Assembly: GCA_038873795.1 (NCBI GenBank)
Contig: JAVZDR010000002.1
Location: 1 to 43,821 of the forward strand
Source: Candidatus Micrarchaeaceae archaeon
GTDB taxonomy: Archaea; Micrarchaeota; Micrarchaeia; Micrarchaeales; CABMGC01
DNA length: 43,821 bases
Reading direction: 5' to 3'
Position 1 is the first letter of the stretch. Each line of letters opens with the position of its first letter. The position numbers were made by a program, and so were the translations under genes. A model generated the notes under the pieces. That model searched no databases. It saw only the letters and a program-made list of their open reading frames with translations, and was not told the origin of the DNA. Shown in pieces: positions 16,125-25,295 of the stretch.

Positions 16125-17836
16125 TGGATAAGAAGACAAAGGAGATAATAAGAAAATATGCAATCAAGAATGCTATAGAATATGGCAAAGCGAGCACAAG
16201 CGCTGTTCTGAACAAAGTAATCTCTGTGATGCCTGAGCTTAAATCTGATATAAAGACGCTGGCAAAGGATGTGGAAAGCGTAGTGCGTGAAGTCAATCTG
16301 CTAAGCAGCGAAGAAATAAAAGATGAATTCAATGCAAATCTGGAGGAGTTCAATGCGGCGAGGAGGGAAAAGGTAGAAAAAACAGCCAGACCACGCATGG
16401 TGCTTGATGGCGCAACCGAGGGAAACTTTGCCACACGGTTTCCTCCAGAGCCCAACGGATATATGCACATAGGTCATGCCAAAGCCGTATTCCTTGAGGA
16501 GGCATTCAAAGAGATCTACAAAGGCAAGTTATTCTTGTATTTCGATGATACAAATCCAGAAACCGAAAGGCAGGAGTATGTAGATGCAATAAAGTATGAC
16601 CTTTCCTGGCTTGGGATCAAATTCGACAAGGAGTATTACGCGAGTGACAGCATAGAAATAATGTATAAATATGCGGAAGAGATGATAAGAAAAGGTGGGG
16701 CATACGTTTGCACATGCAGTGGCGAACAGATAAAGGCAGACAGGAAGGCGGGTAGACCTTGTGTGCATAAGTCGAATACAAAGGCTGAGAATTTGCAGAT
16801 GTGGTCAGAGATGCTTTCTGGAAGGCTGGACGAAGATGCAGCGGTGCTAAGATTCAATGGCGATATGAAATCGCAGAATACGGCCATGCGCGATTTGGTT
16901 TTGTTCAGGATAAAGAAAAGCAGGCATTATAAGCAGGCAGACAAGTATTTCGTATGGCCCACATATAGCTTCAATACGCCAATAATGGACTCTATAAACG
17001 GGGTCACTGATGTAATAAGGAGCAAGGAGTACGAGCTAAGGGACGAATTGTATTATAGCATATTGGACATTCTTGGACTGGAAAAGCCAAGGGTACACAG
17101 CATGGCAAGGCTCGAAATCTTTGGCAACATAACATCTAAGAGGAAGCTAAACCAGCTAATAAAAAGCGGCGTCATAGCTGGCTATGACGATCCCCGGCTC
17201 ATCACAATAGCTGGGCTAAGGCGGAGAGGCATAACCCCAAGCGCAATAAAAAAATTTGTCCTTAGATTCGGAATGAGCAAGACTGACAGCAAGGTTGGCA
17301 TAGACATGCTCCTTGCCGAGAACAGAAAGGTAATAGATAGCACTTCGAAAAGGCTCTTCGCTGTGGAGGATTGGAGGGTTTTGAGGATCGAAGAGACTCA
17401 TCCTGAAGATGTAAAACTCAAAATGCACCCCACTCTTGATCTGGGCTACAGGGAGTATAAAGTCGGTAACACCTTGTATATAGATGGGCGCGACGCGGAG
17501 AAACTCAGCCCAGGAGATCTGATAAGGCTGAAAGATCTTTATGATGTCTCCATCCTCTCTACAGGAAGCGAGATAAGGGCGAGGCGTGTAGAATCTCACA
17601 AAAATCTGCCTAAAATACAGTGGGTGGATGCACAAAAAAATGTAGAGTGCAAGCTCATTAGAATATCTCCGCCAATGCTGCAGAATGGCGAATTCAATGA
17701 AAAAAGCCTCGTGGAAACGAAAGCATATGCAGAAGAATATGTAAAGAATGTAAAAGAAAACGAAATAGTGCAGTTTGAACGCATAGGTTTTTTCAAGCTT
17801 GATAACAAATCAGAGATGTCATTTTTAAGTTTGTAG
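16121..17836 (+). CDS. gltX: glutamyl-tRNA synthetase (archaeal/eukaryotic type)
   Basis: The class I core is FATRFPPEPNGYMHIGHAK ... with a KMSKS-like LRFGMSKT. The likely start is ATG 16124, after GGTG plus 5 nt. Confidence 0.93.
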   Translation: MMDKKTKEIIRKYAIKNAIEYGKASTSAVLNKVISVMPELKSDIKTLAKDVESVVREVNLLSSEEIKDEFNANLEEFNAARREKVEKTARPRMVLDGATEGNFATRFPPEPNGYMHIGHAKAVFLEEAFKEIYKGKLFLYFDDTNPETERQEYVDAIKYDLSWLGIKFDKEYYASDSIEIMYKYAEEMIRKGGAYVCTCSGEQIKADRKAGRPCVHKSNTKAENLQMWSEMLSGRLDEDAAVLRFNGDMKSQNTAMRDLVLFRIKKSRHYKQADKYFVWPTYSFNTPIMDSINGVTDVIRSKEYELRDELYYSILDILGLEKPRVHSMARLEIFGNITSKRKLNQLIKSGVIAGYDDPRLITIAGLRRRGITPSAIKKFVLRFGMSKTDSKVGIDMLLAENRKVIDSTSKRLFAVEDWRVLRIEETHPEDVKLKMHPTLDLGYREYKVGNTLYIDGRDAEKLSPGDLIRLKDLYDVSILSTGSEIRARRVESHKNLPKIQWVDAQKNVECKLIRISPPMLQNGEFNEKSLVETKAYAEEYVKNVKENEIVQFERIGFFKLDNKSEMSFLSL

Positions 17837-17837
17837 C

Positions 17838-18617
17838 GTGCATGCAATGGAGATAAGGGTAATAGCAAAGCGAAAATACCCAGAGCTGAAGAAGCTCTAT
17901 GAATCGTTTGATGTATCAAGCAAAGCAGAGATATGCCTTGCAGTCGGTGGAGATGGCACATTTATAAAGGCTGCAAAGGTGCACGATGGCCCCATACTCC
18001 CAATAAGTGGGATGGATCCAATGAGCGTCAGCTATTATTCGGATTTAAGTGTTAACGATATAGATTTTATTATAGAAAGCCTAAAAGGCAGGCGCTACAG
18101 GGTAGAAAGCATATCAAGAAAACTTGAAATAGTCTATAACAAGAGGAAATACTACGCTGTAAATGAGGCGCTGCTGCACAATATAAGGGAATCGATCAGG
18201 TTTACCATATACCTGGTCGAGAGAGGCCAAAGATACAAGATATATCCATATGTGATAGTAGGAGATGGAATAATAATATCTAATCTAGTAGGCTCTACAG
18301 CCTACAACAGGGTAGCAGGCGGTCCGATACTGCTCAATAAGGATGACATAAGCATAACATTCGTGAATACTGACGGACCATATAGGAACCCGATTGTGAT
18401 GGATGGCGATGCAAAGATAGAAATCGACCTATTGCGTTATACTGGAATGCTAAGATACGATGGCATAGATATAGGCATGCTTCGGCCCGGCGGAAAATTT
18501 ACTGTCAGCCTTTCGAATAAGAGCATAGATATAATAAAGTTTCCAAACAGATATGAAAAATTCGATGACAAACTCGAGAAGATAGTAAAGAGCAGACTCG
18601 TGAAAGAATTAGGGTGA
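17838..18617 (+). CDS. nadK: NAD kinase
   Basis: The LAVGGDGTF and GSTAYNRVAGGPIL motifs are present. Confidence 0.85.
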   Translation: MHAMEIRVIAKRKYPELKKLYESFDVSSKAEICLAVGGDGTFIKAAKVHDGPILPISGMDPMSVSYYSDLSVNDIDFIIESLKGRRYRVESISRKLEIVYNKRKYYAVNEALLHNIRESIRFTIYLVERGQRYKIYPYVIVGDGIIISNLVGSTAYNRVAGGPILLNKDDISITFVNTDGPYRNPIVMDGDAKIEIDLLRYTGMLRYDGIDIGMLRPGGKFTVSLSNKSIDIIKFPNRYEKFDDKLEKIVKSRLVKELG

Positions 18618-18626
18618 GCATACCAT

Positions 18627-19508
18627 ATGCTGCGCAAATACTCTATAGATTCGCTAATAGATGAGAACAACCTGCCAAAATGGCTTAAGGGTTATGCGCT
18701 GACCTATCTGCGCAAAGATCCAATAAATATGCTATCAAAAGCTGTGGGTTTCGTATTTTTTGGCAGGAAGCACGGCCATTTTGATGAAAAGTATGTATAT
18801 CTTCCAAACAAGGCAAAATTCAGAATAAAAGATGTAGCGTATGTAACAATGCTTTTCAGGTATGGTGAAAAGAGGCTTGCGGAGATCACGGGCAGATGGT
18901 CGAAAAATGTAAACACCGCCGACCCATACATAAGTCACTTTATGAAAATGTCTTCAATTTATGCAAAGCATGTGATGGCCCTCAACAGCATGCTTGCTGG
19001 TCTAGGCGCAGACACGGAATTCGAGCCAAACAAGGCTGTGTCAGACGTATTCGACTATATAGAAAAGATAAACCTGAATTACGGCAGGATACTTGCTATC
19101 GATCTGATCCTCCGCTACTCCTATGCCAAAACCTTTGGTTTTGCATTCTACAGAACTTTCTATCCTGTTTCCCCTGAGTTCATGCGCGGCATAGGCAAGG
19201 TATTCGCTTCTGATACTGCGGAAAGTCTACACGGCGAGCAGGAAGCCATAAGGATGCTTGACGCAAGGCTGATAGAGAGCGAATACTTGCTTGGGATTAC
19301 GCGGGAACTTCTGAAGAGAGTATGCATCTCCATAAATTCTACTATGCCTGTAGCAAAACGGATGCATATCGAGAATGAAATACTCTTCCTGAGGGACGTA
19401 TCAATAGCGTACCCACTGCACATAATGAGTGAACATGGCATAATTGAGCAGCCAGACGAAGAAGCAAAAGCCATAATCTCAGAATCTGCAAAAAATGAAG
19501 GGGGATAA
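18627..19508 (+). CDS. hypothetical protein (293 aa)
   Basis: Long ORF with ATG after GGGTGA. No family recognised. Same strand as, and overlapping or abutting, the radical SAM gene. Confidence 0.55.
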   Translation: MLRKYSIDSLIDENNLPKWLKGYALTYLRKDPINMLSKAVGFVFFGRKHGHFDEKYVYLPNKAKFRIKDVAYVTMLFRYGEKRLAEITGRWSKNVNTADPYISHFMKMSSIYAKHVMALNSMLAGLGADTEFEPNKAVSDVFDYIEKINLNYGRILAIDLILRYSYAKTFGFAFYRTFYPVSPEFMRGIGKVFASDTAESLHGEQEAIRMLDARLIESEYLLGITRELLKRVCISINSTMPVAKRMHIENEILFLRDVSIAYPLHIMSEHGIIEQPDEEAKAIISESAKNEGG

Positions 19509-21345
19509 ACCTCAAAAGCGAAAGAATTTAAATATGTTATTACGTCCCTTTTCTACAGTGGTAAAAATGAGAGCAGAAAGCCAGGGCCTTAACCCAAATG
19601 ACGTTATAAAAGAGGAAACCTTACACAAAGGTGAGCATGAACTGCAGCTTGGGGTCAAGGATGCTCGACCTCAGAGGCAGGAGGACTCAAAGGTGCTCGC
19701 TCCGTATCACAGGACCCTGGAAGAGATAACCAAGATGCCTGTGCTGGGCAGGACAAAGACTGTCTGCCCAGAGTGCAAACTGATAATTGATGGCATCATA
19801 TACAGAGACGGAGACAACGTGATGATAAGGAAGCAATGTCCTGAACACGGGCTTTTTGTTGAAAAGTATTGGGAAGACTATGAGATGTACACAAAAATGG
19901 AAAGTTCTAACTACTATGGCCATGGAATATCTAACCCCAATTATCCTACGCAGGGTGAAAACTGCCCATTCGATTGTGGACTTTGCAGCAGGCACCACTC
20001 ACATACCGCTTTGGCCAATGTTGTCGTTACTAACAGGTGCCATCTGAGCTGCTGGTACTGCTTCTTCTATGCGAAGGAGGGCGAGCCCATATACGAGCCA
20101 TCTATCGAACAGCTTGATGCTATGTTCAAGAATCTGAGGAACCAGAAACCTGTTGCAGCAAATGCGCTTCAGATAACAGGTGGCGAGCCAACAATGAGGG
20201 AAGACATAGTAGAGATAGTGAGGCACGCCAAGCAGGCAGGCTTCGATCAGATTCAGCTAAACACGACAGGCATAAATCTCGGAGCTAATCCAGATCTTGC
20301 TGTGAAACTGCGTGAGGCAGGTGTGAGCACACTATACATGAGCTGCGACGGTGTTTCAAAAAAAGCAAATCCCAAGAATCACTGGGAGATACCTTCAATA
20401 CTCAACGCGGCGCGGAAGGCAGGAATAGGCGTCGTTTTTGTGCCGACTGTGATAAGAACCGTCAATGACCAAGAGCTCGGCAAGTTGATAAACTTTGCAC
20501 TCAACAACATTGACATAGTAAGGGCTGTAAACTTCCAGCCAGTCTCGCTTGTGGGGAGAATGCCAAAAGGGCAGAGGGAAAAGCAGAGAATCACCATACC
20601 GGGTGCCATAAAGCTCATAGAAGAGCAGACAGGCGGCGCTATAAAGAAGGAGGACTGGTTTTCTGTGCCTTATATAGGAGGCATAAGCAAGTTCGTAGAG
20701 TCCCTCACAGGCAATTTCCAGTATGACCTCTCCATACACTTCGCATGCGGCGCAGGAACTTATCTCTTCCTCGACGAGAATAACAAGGTCATACCACTAC
20801 CAAGATTCGTGGATGTAGAGGGACTTTTGAGGCATCTGACCGATGCTGCCAACAGAATGCAGGGAAAAAGCAAGACTATGAGAAAGCTCATAGCGCTCAA
20901 GGCCATCGCATCGATAAGTAAGTTTGTTGACAAAGAGAAGATGCCAAAGAACCTCAATTTTATCAAGCTGCTTAGCGCCATACTGATAAACCACGACTTC
21001 GGTTCTCTAGGCAAGTTCCATGTTAAGTCGCTGTTTCTTGGGATGATGCACTTCCAGGACGAGTATACATATGACATAGAAAGGGTAGAGAAATGCGACA
21101 TACACTATGCTATGCCTGATGGTGAAGTGCTTCCATTCTGCACATTCAATGTTTTTCCTGAGATATACAGGGACAAAATACAGAGGCAATACAGCATATC
21201 AAGCGAGGAATGGCAGAAGAAGCATCCTGAGTGGAGCTACAGGAGCGACAAGTATGTAAGAGATATTAAGAAACTTGAAGCTTCGCCAGAGTATATTAAA
21301 ACTTATGGCCAGATAAAAGACTTTTTTGCAAAAAGCGGTGAGTAA
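19495..21345 (+). CDS. radical SAM enzyme, COG1964-type (tetraether lipid synthase Tes / GDGT-MAS-like)
   Basis: N-terminal CPEC...CPEHG ribbon, auxiliary NCPFDCGLC motif, radical SAM cluster NRCHLSCWYC, and ITGGEPT. This architecture matches my recollection of the Tes/MJ0619 family. An alternative start at ATG 19567 (MRAES) follows GTGGT plus 4 nt. Confidence 0.7.
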   Translation: MKGDKPQKRKNLNMLLRPFSTVVKMRAESQGLNPNDVIKEETLHKGEHELQLGVKDARPQRQEDSKVLAPYHRTLEEITKMPVLGRTKTVCPECKLIIDGIIYRDGDNVMIRKQCPEHGLFVEKYWEDYEMYTKMESSNYYGHGISNPNYPTQGENCPFDCGLCSRHHSHTALANVVVTNRCHLSCWYCFFYAKEGEPIYEPSIEQLDAMFKNLRNQKPVAANALQITGGEPTMREDIVEIVRHAKQAGFDQIQLNTTGINLGANPDLAVKLREAGVSTLYMSCDGVSKKANPKNHWEIPSILNAARKAGIGVVFVPTVIRTVNDQELGKLINFALNNIDIVRAVNFQPVSLVGRMPKGQREKQRITIPGAIKLIEEQTGGAIKKEDWFSVPYIGGISKFVESLTGNFQYDLSIHFACGAGTYLFLDENNKVIPLPRFVDVEGLLRHLTDAANRMQGKSKTMRKLIALKAIASISKFVDKEKMPKNLNFIKLLSAILINHDFGSLGKFHVKSLFLGMMHFQDEYTYDIERVEKCDIHYAMPDGEVLPFCTFNVFPEIYRDKIQRQYSISSEEWQKKHPEWSYRSDKYVRDIKKLEASPEYIKTYGQIKDFFAKSGE

Positions 21346-21708
21346 ATGTCATCCCCATATTCAAAGATTAGGTATGCTGTGCTCGACGTTGAGAAGTCCA
21401 CGCTCATAGACCTGCCACATTCTGCCAGGCTCCAGTACAGGTTGCTTCTCAATGATGCGGTGATAAAGGCCAAAGTGTCGTATGCCAAATCCAGGATAGA
21501 AATATACTATAATCCAGATGGCGCAGCAAATAAAATGCCCAAAATCAGCCTTGATAAGATAGTGGAGATTCTAGGCAAAGAAGGCGTTAAAATAACAAAG
21601 AGGCACGATGAGGAAGTGGACTATGCCGAGAAGCTTTACAACTACGCATTCAACCCTCCTGAGATAAAGCATCCAACACCGTATGGCTGGGAGGGTAAGC
21701 GCCGATAG
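21346..21708 (+). CDS. hypothetical small protein, translationally coupled to the radical SAM gene
   Basis: The TAA of the upstream gene is directly followed by ATG, with a GGTGA SD inside the upstream gene's end. The segment AKVSYAKSRIEIYYNPD...LDKIVEILGKEGVK has an HMA/ferredoxin-like beta-alpha pattern but no CxxC (by eye only). Confidence 0.55.
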   Translation: MSSPYSKIRYAVLDVEKSTLIDLPHSARLQYRLLLNDAVIKAKVSYAKSRIEIYYNPDGAANKMPKISLDKIVEILGKEGVKITKRHDEEVDYAEKLYNYAFNPPEIKHPTPYGWEGKRR

Positions 21709-23083
21709 TATCTACAATAAGCTTTATCGTCCTGCTTTTTTCGCTTTCATCCTTTAGTTTTATGCTTACAGCTTCTTTGTGGCCGCCACTGCTCTCTATG
21801 TTGCTTGAATTCTTCTTGACCTTCTCTACCAGCTTAAGAAGGTCGATCCCTTTCGCATTAGTGCTTGACCTGAGCGATATGTACGGGCCGAAGTGTAGTG
21901 CAAGTATGCACGGCCTGCTACTAAGCTCCGAGATCCTGGCAAGAAGCTTTGAAGCGAATCTGCCAGGAAGTGGATATCTTGAAGCGGCATCGCCGCGCAC
22001 CTTTTCAAAGTCAAGCACATACACATCAGCATTTTTTGTGCTGTAGTTCCTTGCGCGCTTAAGCGAAATATCGAAAAGTTCGCTCATTCTGCTTTTTGCG
22101 AAATTCAGCAGCTCTTCAAACTTGGTTTTATCATTCACTATATTATCTATTTCATTAGGCGTAAGGTTTGTGCCTCCGCTTGACGTCGCCAACCTCTTAT
22201 CGCTTGTAATCATGTCCAGCACCTCGGAGAGCCTGCTGCCACAGTTCTCCTTTCTGTAAAATGTGCTGTAATCCCCATAAAGCGATGCATGCTCTATGCA
22301 CCTCATATCTAGGTTTGAGAAGCTTTTTGCAAATTCGCATGCAAGGAAACCGGCTGTATAGTTGGAGTCGCCACCAAACAGCCATGGGCTGATGTAATGT
22401 TCGATCTTTTTGAAGCCATCAACAATAGGATGATGGTCAAGCCATATTATGTCAAAGTATTTCTCGGCTAGCGCAATCCCCTCATTGCTTTCTCTGGTAG
22501 TACCAAAGTCCATCAATAAAAGCAGGGGCTTGCTCAGCGTCTTGTACGACCTTATAAGCATTATGTCCTCTAATGCATCGCCCCTACTGTAGCTGACGCC
22601 AGGGTGCATCCTCCAAGAAATCTGCAGCATATCTCCAGCATGCTCACCCTTTTGCAATTCTTTCAGTGCGAGGTAAATGCCATACGCTCCGCTCGCACCA
22701 TCGGAATCGTTGTGAAAACGCACAACTGCTGGCGTTGCCAGGAATATCTTCGTGAGCATAAGGCTAGCTGCAGATTTAATGCTTTTTTGCATCTTCTCTG
22801 TCAAGGAATCCAATTCCTTTATTCCAGATTTTTTGGGAGAGTGGATGTATGATTTTGCGACCTTCAAAGCAGATTTCTCGTATTTGCTTGCATTGCCCAG
22901 ATTGCCAATGATCCTAGCCACGCTTTGCCCAGCCTGATCCAATTCAACTTCATCGCCAACTTCTATTGATAAACCGCTTGAGACTCTAACTATGCGGTGG
23001 TCGCTGCCAGCAGTGATCACAGAGTAGACATTTCTCCTGGGATCCGCTGAAAGTCTTATGCACGAAACCAATCCGCGCTGCAA
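21650..23083 (-). CDS. DHH/DHHA1 phosphoesterase (archaeal RecJ/NrnA-like) with about 100-aa N-terminal extension
   Basis: DHH motifs are FHNDSDGASG and IIWLDHHP, with the DHHA1 motif SSGGHKEA. The N-terminal 100 aa are beta-rich (IVRVSSGLSIEVGDEVELD). TTG start lies 4 nt after the upstream stop. Confidence 0.8.
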   Translation of the reverse strand: MQRGLVSCIRLSADPRRNVYSVITAGSDHRIVRVSSGLSIEVGDEVELDQAGQSVARIIGNLGNASKYEKSALKVAKSYIHSPKKSGIKELDSLTEKMQKSIKSAASLMLTKIFLATPAVVRFHNDSDGASGAYGIYLALKELQKGEHAGDMLQISWRMHPGVSYSRGDALEDIMLIRSYKTLSKPLLLLMDFGTTRESNEGIALAEKYFDIIWLDHHPIVDGFKKIEHYISPWLFGGDSNYTAGFLACEFAKSFSNLDMRCIEHASLYGDYSTFYRKENCGSRLSEVLDMITSDKRLATSSGGTNLTPNEIDNIVNDKTKFEELLNFAKSRMSELFDISLKRARNYSTKNADVYVLDFEKVRGDAASRYPLPGRFASKLLARISELSSRPCILALHFGPYISLRSSTNAKGIDLLKLVEKVKKNSSNIESSGGHKEAVSIKLKDESEKSRTIKLIVDTIGAYPPSHTVLDALSQEG

Positions 23084-23087
23084 AAAA

Positions 23088-24155
23088 TCAACCAGTCACA
23101 TTGAGTGATACTTTTTCGATACATGCACTATTAGCAGTTGCATTTTTTATGAATCCGCAATACGATGTATTTTTGTACTGGACCGCGAATGCCGTATAGC
23201 ACTCATAGGATGTAACTGGTGGGAGATTCCCGCATGCAGTCACATTTTTCGAGGCCACAGCGCTTATCAGCCCTGAGAGTAAGTTGCACTGCTCGCTGTT
23301 CAGTCCGAGCTTTGTACAGATTGTGGAATTAAACGCATTGCTTAGGCTTACGTTGCTGGGCTTAGGTATTGTGACAAGGCTATTGCAAAGTTGCCTCGCC
23401 TCATCTGGCGATATGGTGTTGCATACTGACGTGTTTTTCAACATCACTGCAACATAGGTAACGCACATATCTCTGGCTGATATGCCAAAAGTGCTAATTG
23501 AGGCATAGTTTTTCAGTGCTGCAAGTGACGCATTGCTTACAAAAGAGGAGGCATATTTGTCCTTAAGGAATATCGAGTCTATCACTGACGGGTCTGTAGT
23601 GTTTGCGACATTTGTGCAGAACGATGCATTTAAGGTTTCCTGAGCCCTGCCTAGGTAAATAGCTGACTCACAGATTTCGCCATTTGTAGAGTTATATAAC
23701 ATGCTGCAAAGCGTGGCGTTCCCGTTTTTTATCGCAACGTTGGATATGCAGCTATCCCTCTCTGCGCCGGTGAGTGCTCCGCAAATAGCATAGTCTCCAG
23801 TGCTGTTGGCCACTTTCTCAAAGCAGCTACTCCCCAATGTACTGCTAATGTTGTAAGCCTTGTAGCAGAGCAGAGAGCTACTGCTGTTTATGGCCAGACC
23901 ATAATAGCATTCCGCCTCATAACTTCTAGGCAGGTATGTGCAGAGCGAGGCATTGCCGCTGCTCAACGAGAGTGCCATTATGCAGGAATACCTATTCTGC
24001 AGGCTTATTATGCCAAGGCAACGCTGCAACGGCGTCCCCCTCGGCACAGCCAAAAAGGAAAGAAGTGCAATAAGTATGGCGATTATAACTAGGGAAATAT
24101 ATAGCTTCATCTTGCTTCTGGCCTTTTCCTCTTCCACCAGCGGTTTTTCCCGCAT
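23088..24155 (-). CDS. membrane-anchored Cys-repeat glycoprotein (hypothetical)
   Basis: N-terminal TM helix (LYISLVIIAILIALLSFLA), then about ten tandem ~25-aa units of the form N-x-S/T-x-C-x(9-13)-C-x3-A. There are many N-x-S/T sequons. Confidence 0.6.
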   Translation of the reverse strand: MREKPLVEEEKARSKMKLYISLVIIAILIALLSFLAVPRGTPLQRCLGIISLQNRYSCIMALSLSSGNASLCTYLPRSYEAECYYGLAINSSSSLLCYKAYNISSTLGSSCFEKVANSTGDYAICGALTGAERDSCISNVAIKNGNATLCSMLYNSTNGEICESAIYLGRAQETLNASFCTNVANTTDPSVIDSIFLKDKYASSFVSNASLAALKNYASISTFGISARDMCVTYVAVMLKNTSVCNTISPDEARQLCNSLVTIPKPSNVSLSNAFNSTICTKLGLNSEQCNLLSGLISAVASKNVTACGNLPPVTSYECYTAFAVQYKNTSYCGFIKNATANSACIEKVSLNVTG

Positions 24156-24163
24156 TAAACCAT

Positions 24164-24901
24164 TTACGATTCATCTGCCACTCCGGCGGCGAAGATCCTG
24201 AATCCGGAAGGCGTTATCTCATATGGCGTAGTCGCAGAACTGTGGTTTGATCCGCGCATCTTTATGACTTCTATAGCGGCTATCCTTTTATCCTCGACAC
24301 CGCTCTGATACATTGCTATTATGCCATCATAGACGAAGAATTCTGGTCTGAACTCTAATTTGCTCCTCTCAAGAGTGTTCATTTCCATTGTAAGCAAGGA
24401 GGTGACGCGGAGCCGCTTTAGGTTTGAAACAAGCGCCAATGATGAGCGCCTGAACATGAGCGGATCCATTACAAGCATGTCAAAAAGCGAAAGCGAGTCT
24501 ATCACGATCGCATTTGCCCCTGCAGCGGCTATTGTCGCTTCTATTTCAGAGATTATTTTTCCGAATTCATAATTTTGGGAATTTGAGTCGGCGATGCTTA
24601 GCTTGCTGACAAGTTCTTCACCGTTAATTATAAGCCTTTTATTCTCTATCAGCGTGTCTATGTCAGTAAAATCCGTGAATGCCGCCTTAGCGTTTTCTAT
24701 TATATTAGAAGGAGTTTCCTCAAGAGCAAAGAATATTGAAGTATTCCCTGCTTTTGCATTTCTATAAAGAAATTCAAAGGAGAGAAGGGTTTTTCCTGTA
24801 CCAGGCCCCCCAGAGAGGATCACCTGCGCACCTTCGGGTATGCCGCCATAGAGCATTGCATCTAGGCCTTCTATTCCTGTCTTCATCTTGTTTATCATCA
24901 A
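24164..24901 (-). CDS. KaiC-like RecA-superfamily ATPase (single domain)
   Basis: GIEGLDAMLYGGIPEGAQVILSGGPGTGKTLLSFEFL, FFALEE, IVIDSLS, TSLLTMEM and IKMRGSNH are all present. This is the KaiC/ArlH-type pattern rather than RadA/RadB. Confidence 0.85.
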   Translation of the reverse strand: MMINKMKTGIEGLDAMLYGGIPEGAQVILSGGPGTGKTLLSFEFLYRNAKAGNTSIFFALEETPSNIIENAKAAFTDFTDIDTLIENKRLIINGEELVSKLSIADSNSQNYEFGKIISEIEATIAAAGANAIVIDSLSLFDMLVMDPLMFRRSSLALVSNLKRLRVTSLLTMEMNTLERSKLEFRPEFFVYDGIIAMYQSGVEDKRIAAIEVIKMRGSNHSSATTPYEITPSGFRIFAAGVADES

Positions 24902-25295
24902 ACCACATCAACAGGATTTATTCAAGATACAATTATTATTCACGCTGGTTATATTTATTTATCTTTTGGTTTCTTTCTGACCCTAAACATCTGTAAACAG
25001 CACGCATATTCAGCAGAGCTTTATCCGTCTTAATGCCTTAGGCAAAGTTATCTTCTTCTCAGCCACATCCTCAGAAAGGCTTTGTATCCCATCAGAATCA
25101 ATCCATAAAGAGGGTAGCAACATGTATTTTCGTGCCTCATTGCGAACTTGTTGGAATACGTGATGTGACGGCCTTGTATTTGCAAGGTGATTATATATAA
25201 TGTCAACTCCCTAAAAGCCTGTTGCACAGAAAGGGATATAAACCTAAACTGAAGATATTCATCGGCATTGGCAGCTTGAATTAATCTGTGTTTTC

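Noticed and set aside
16121-16420. The ~100-aa N-terminal extension of GluRS resembles a GatB/YqeY-type helical domain (IRKYAIKNAIEYGKASTSAVLNKVISVMPELKSD). I considered it as a novel fusion.
   Set aside because: The total length (about 570 aa) and the position of the HIGH motif are what I recall for ordinary archaeal GluRS, which carry such an N-terminal region. It is probably the norm, not a novelty.
25155-25255. Possible C/D-box sRNA in the 394-nt gap upstream of 25296: GTGATGT at about 25158, CTGA at about 25247, and a CCTTG/CAAGG hairpin.
   Set aside because: The box C is imperfect. No D' or C' boxes appear at the right spacing, and the C-to-D distance (about 90 nt) is too long for archaeal C/D sRNAs.
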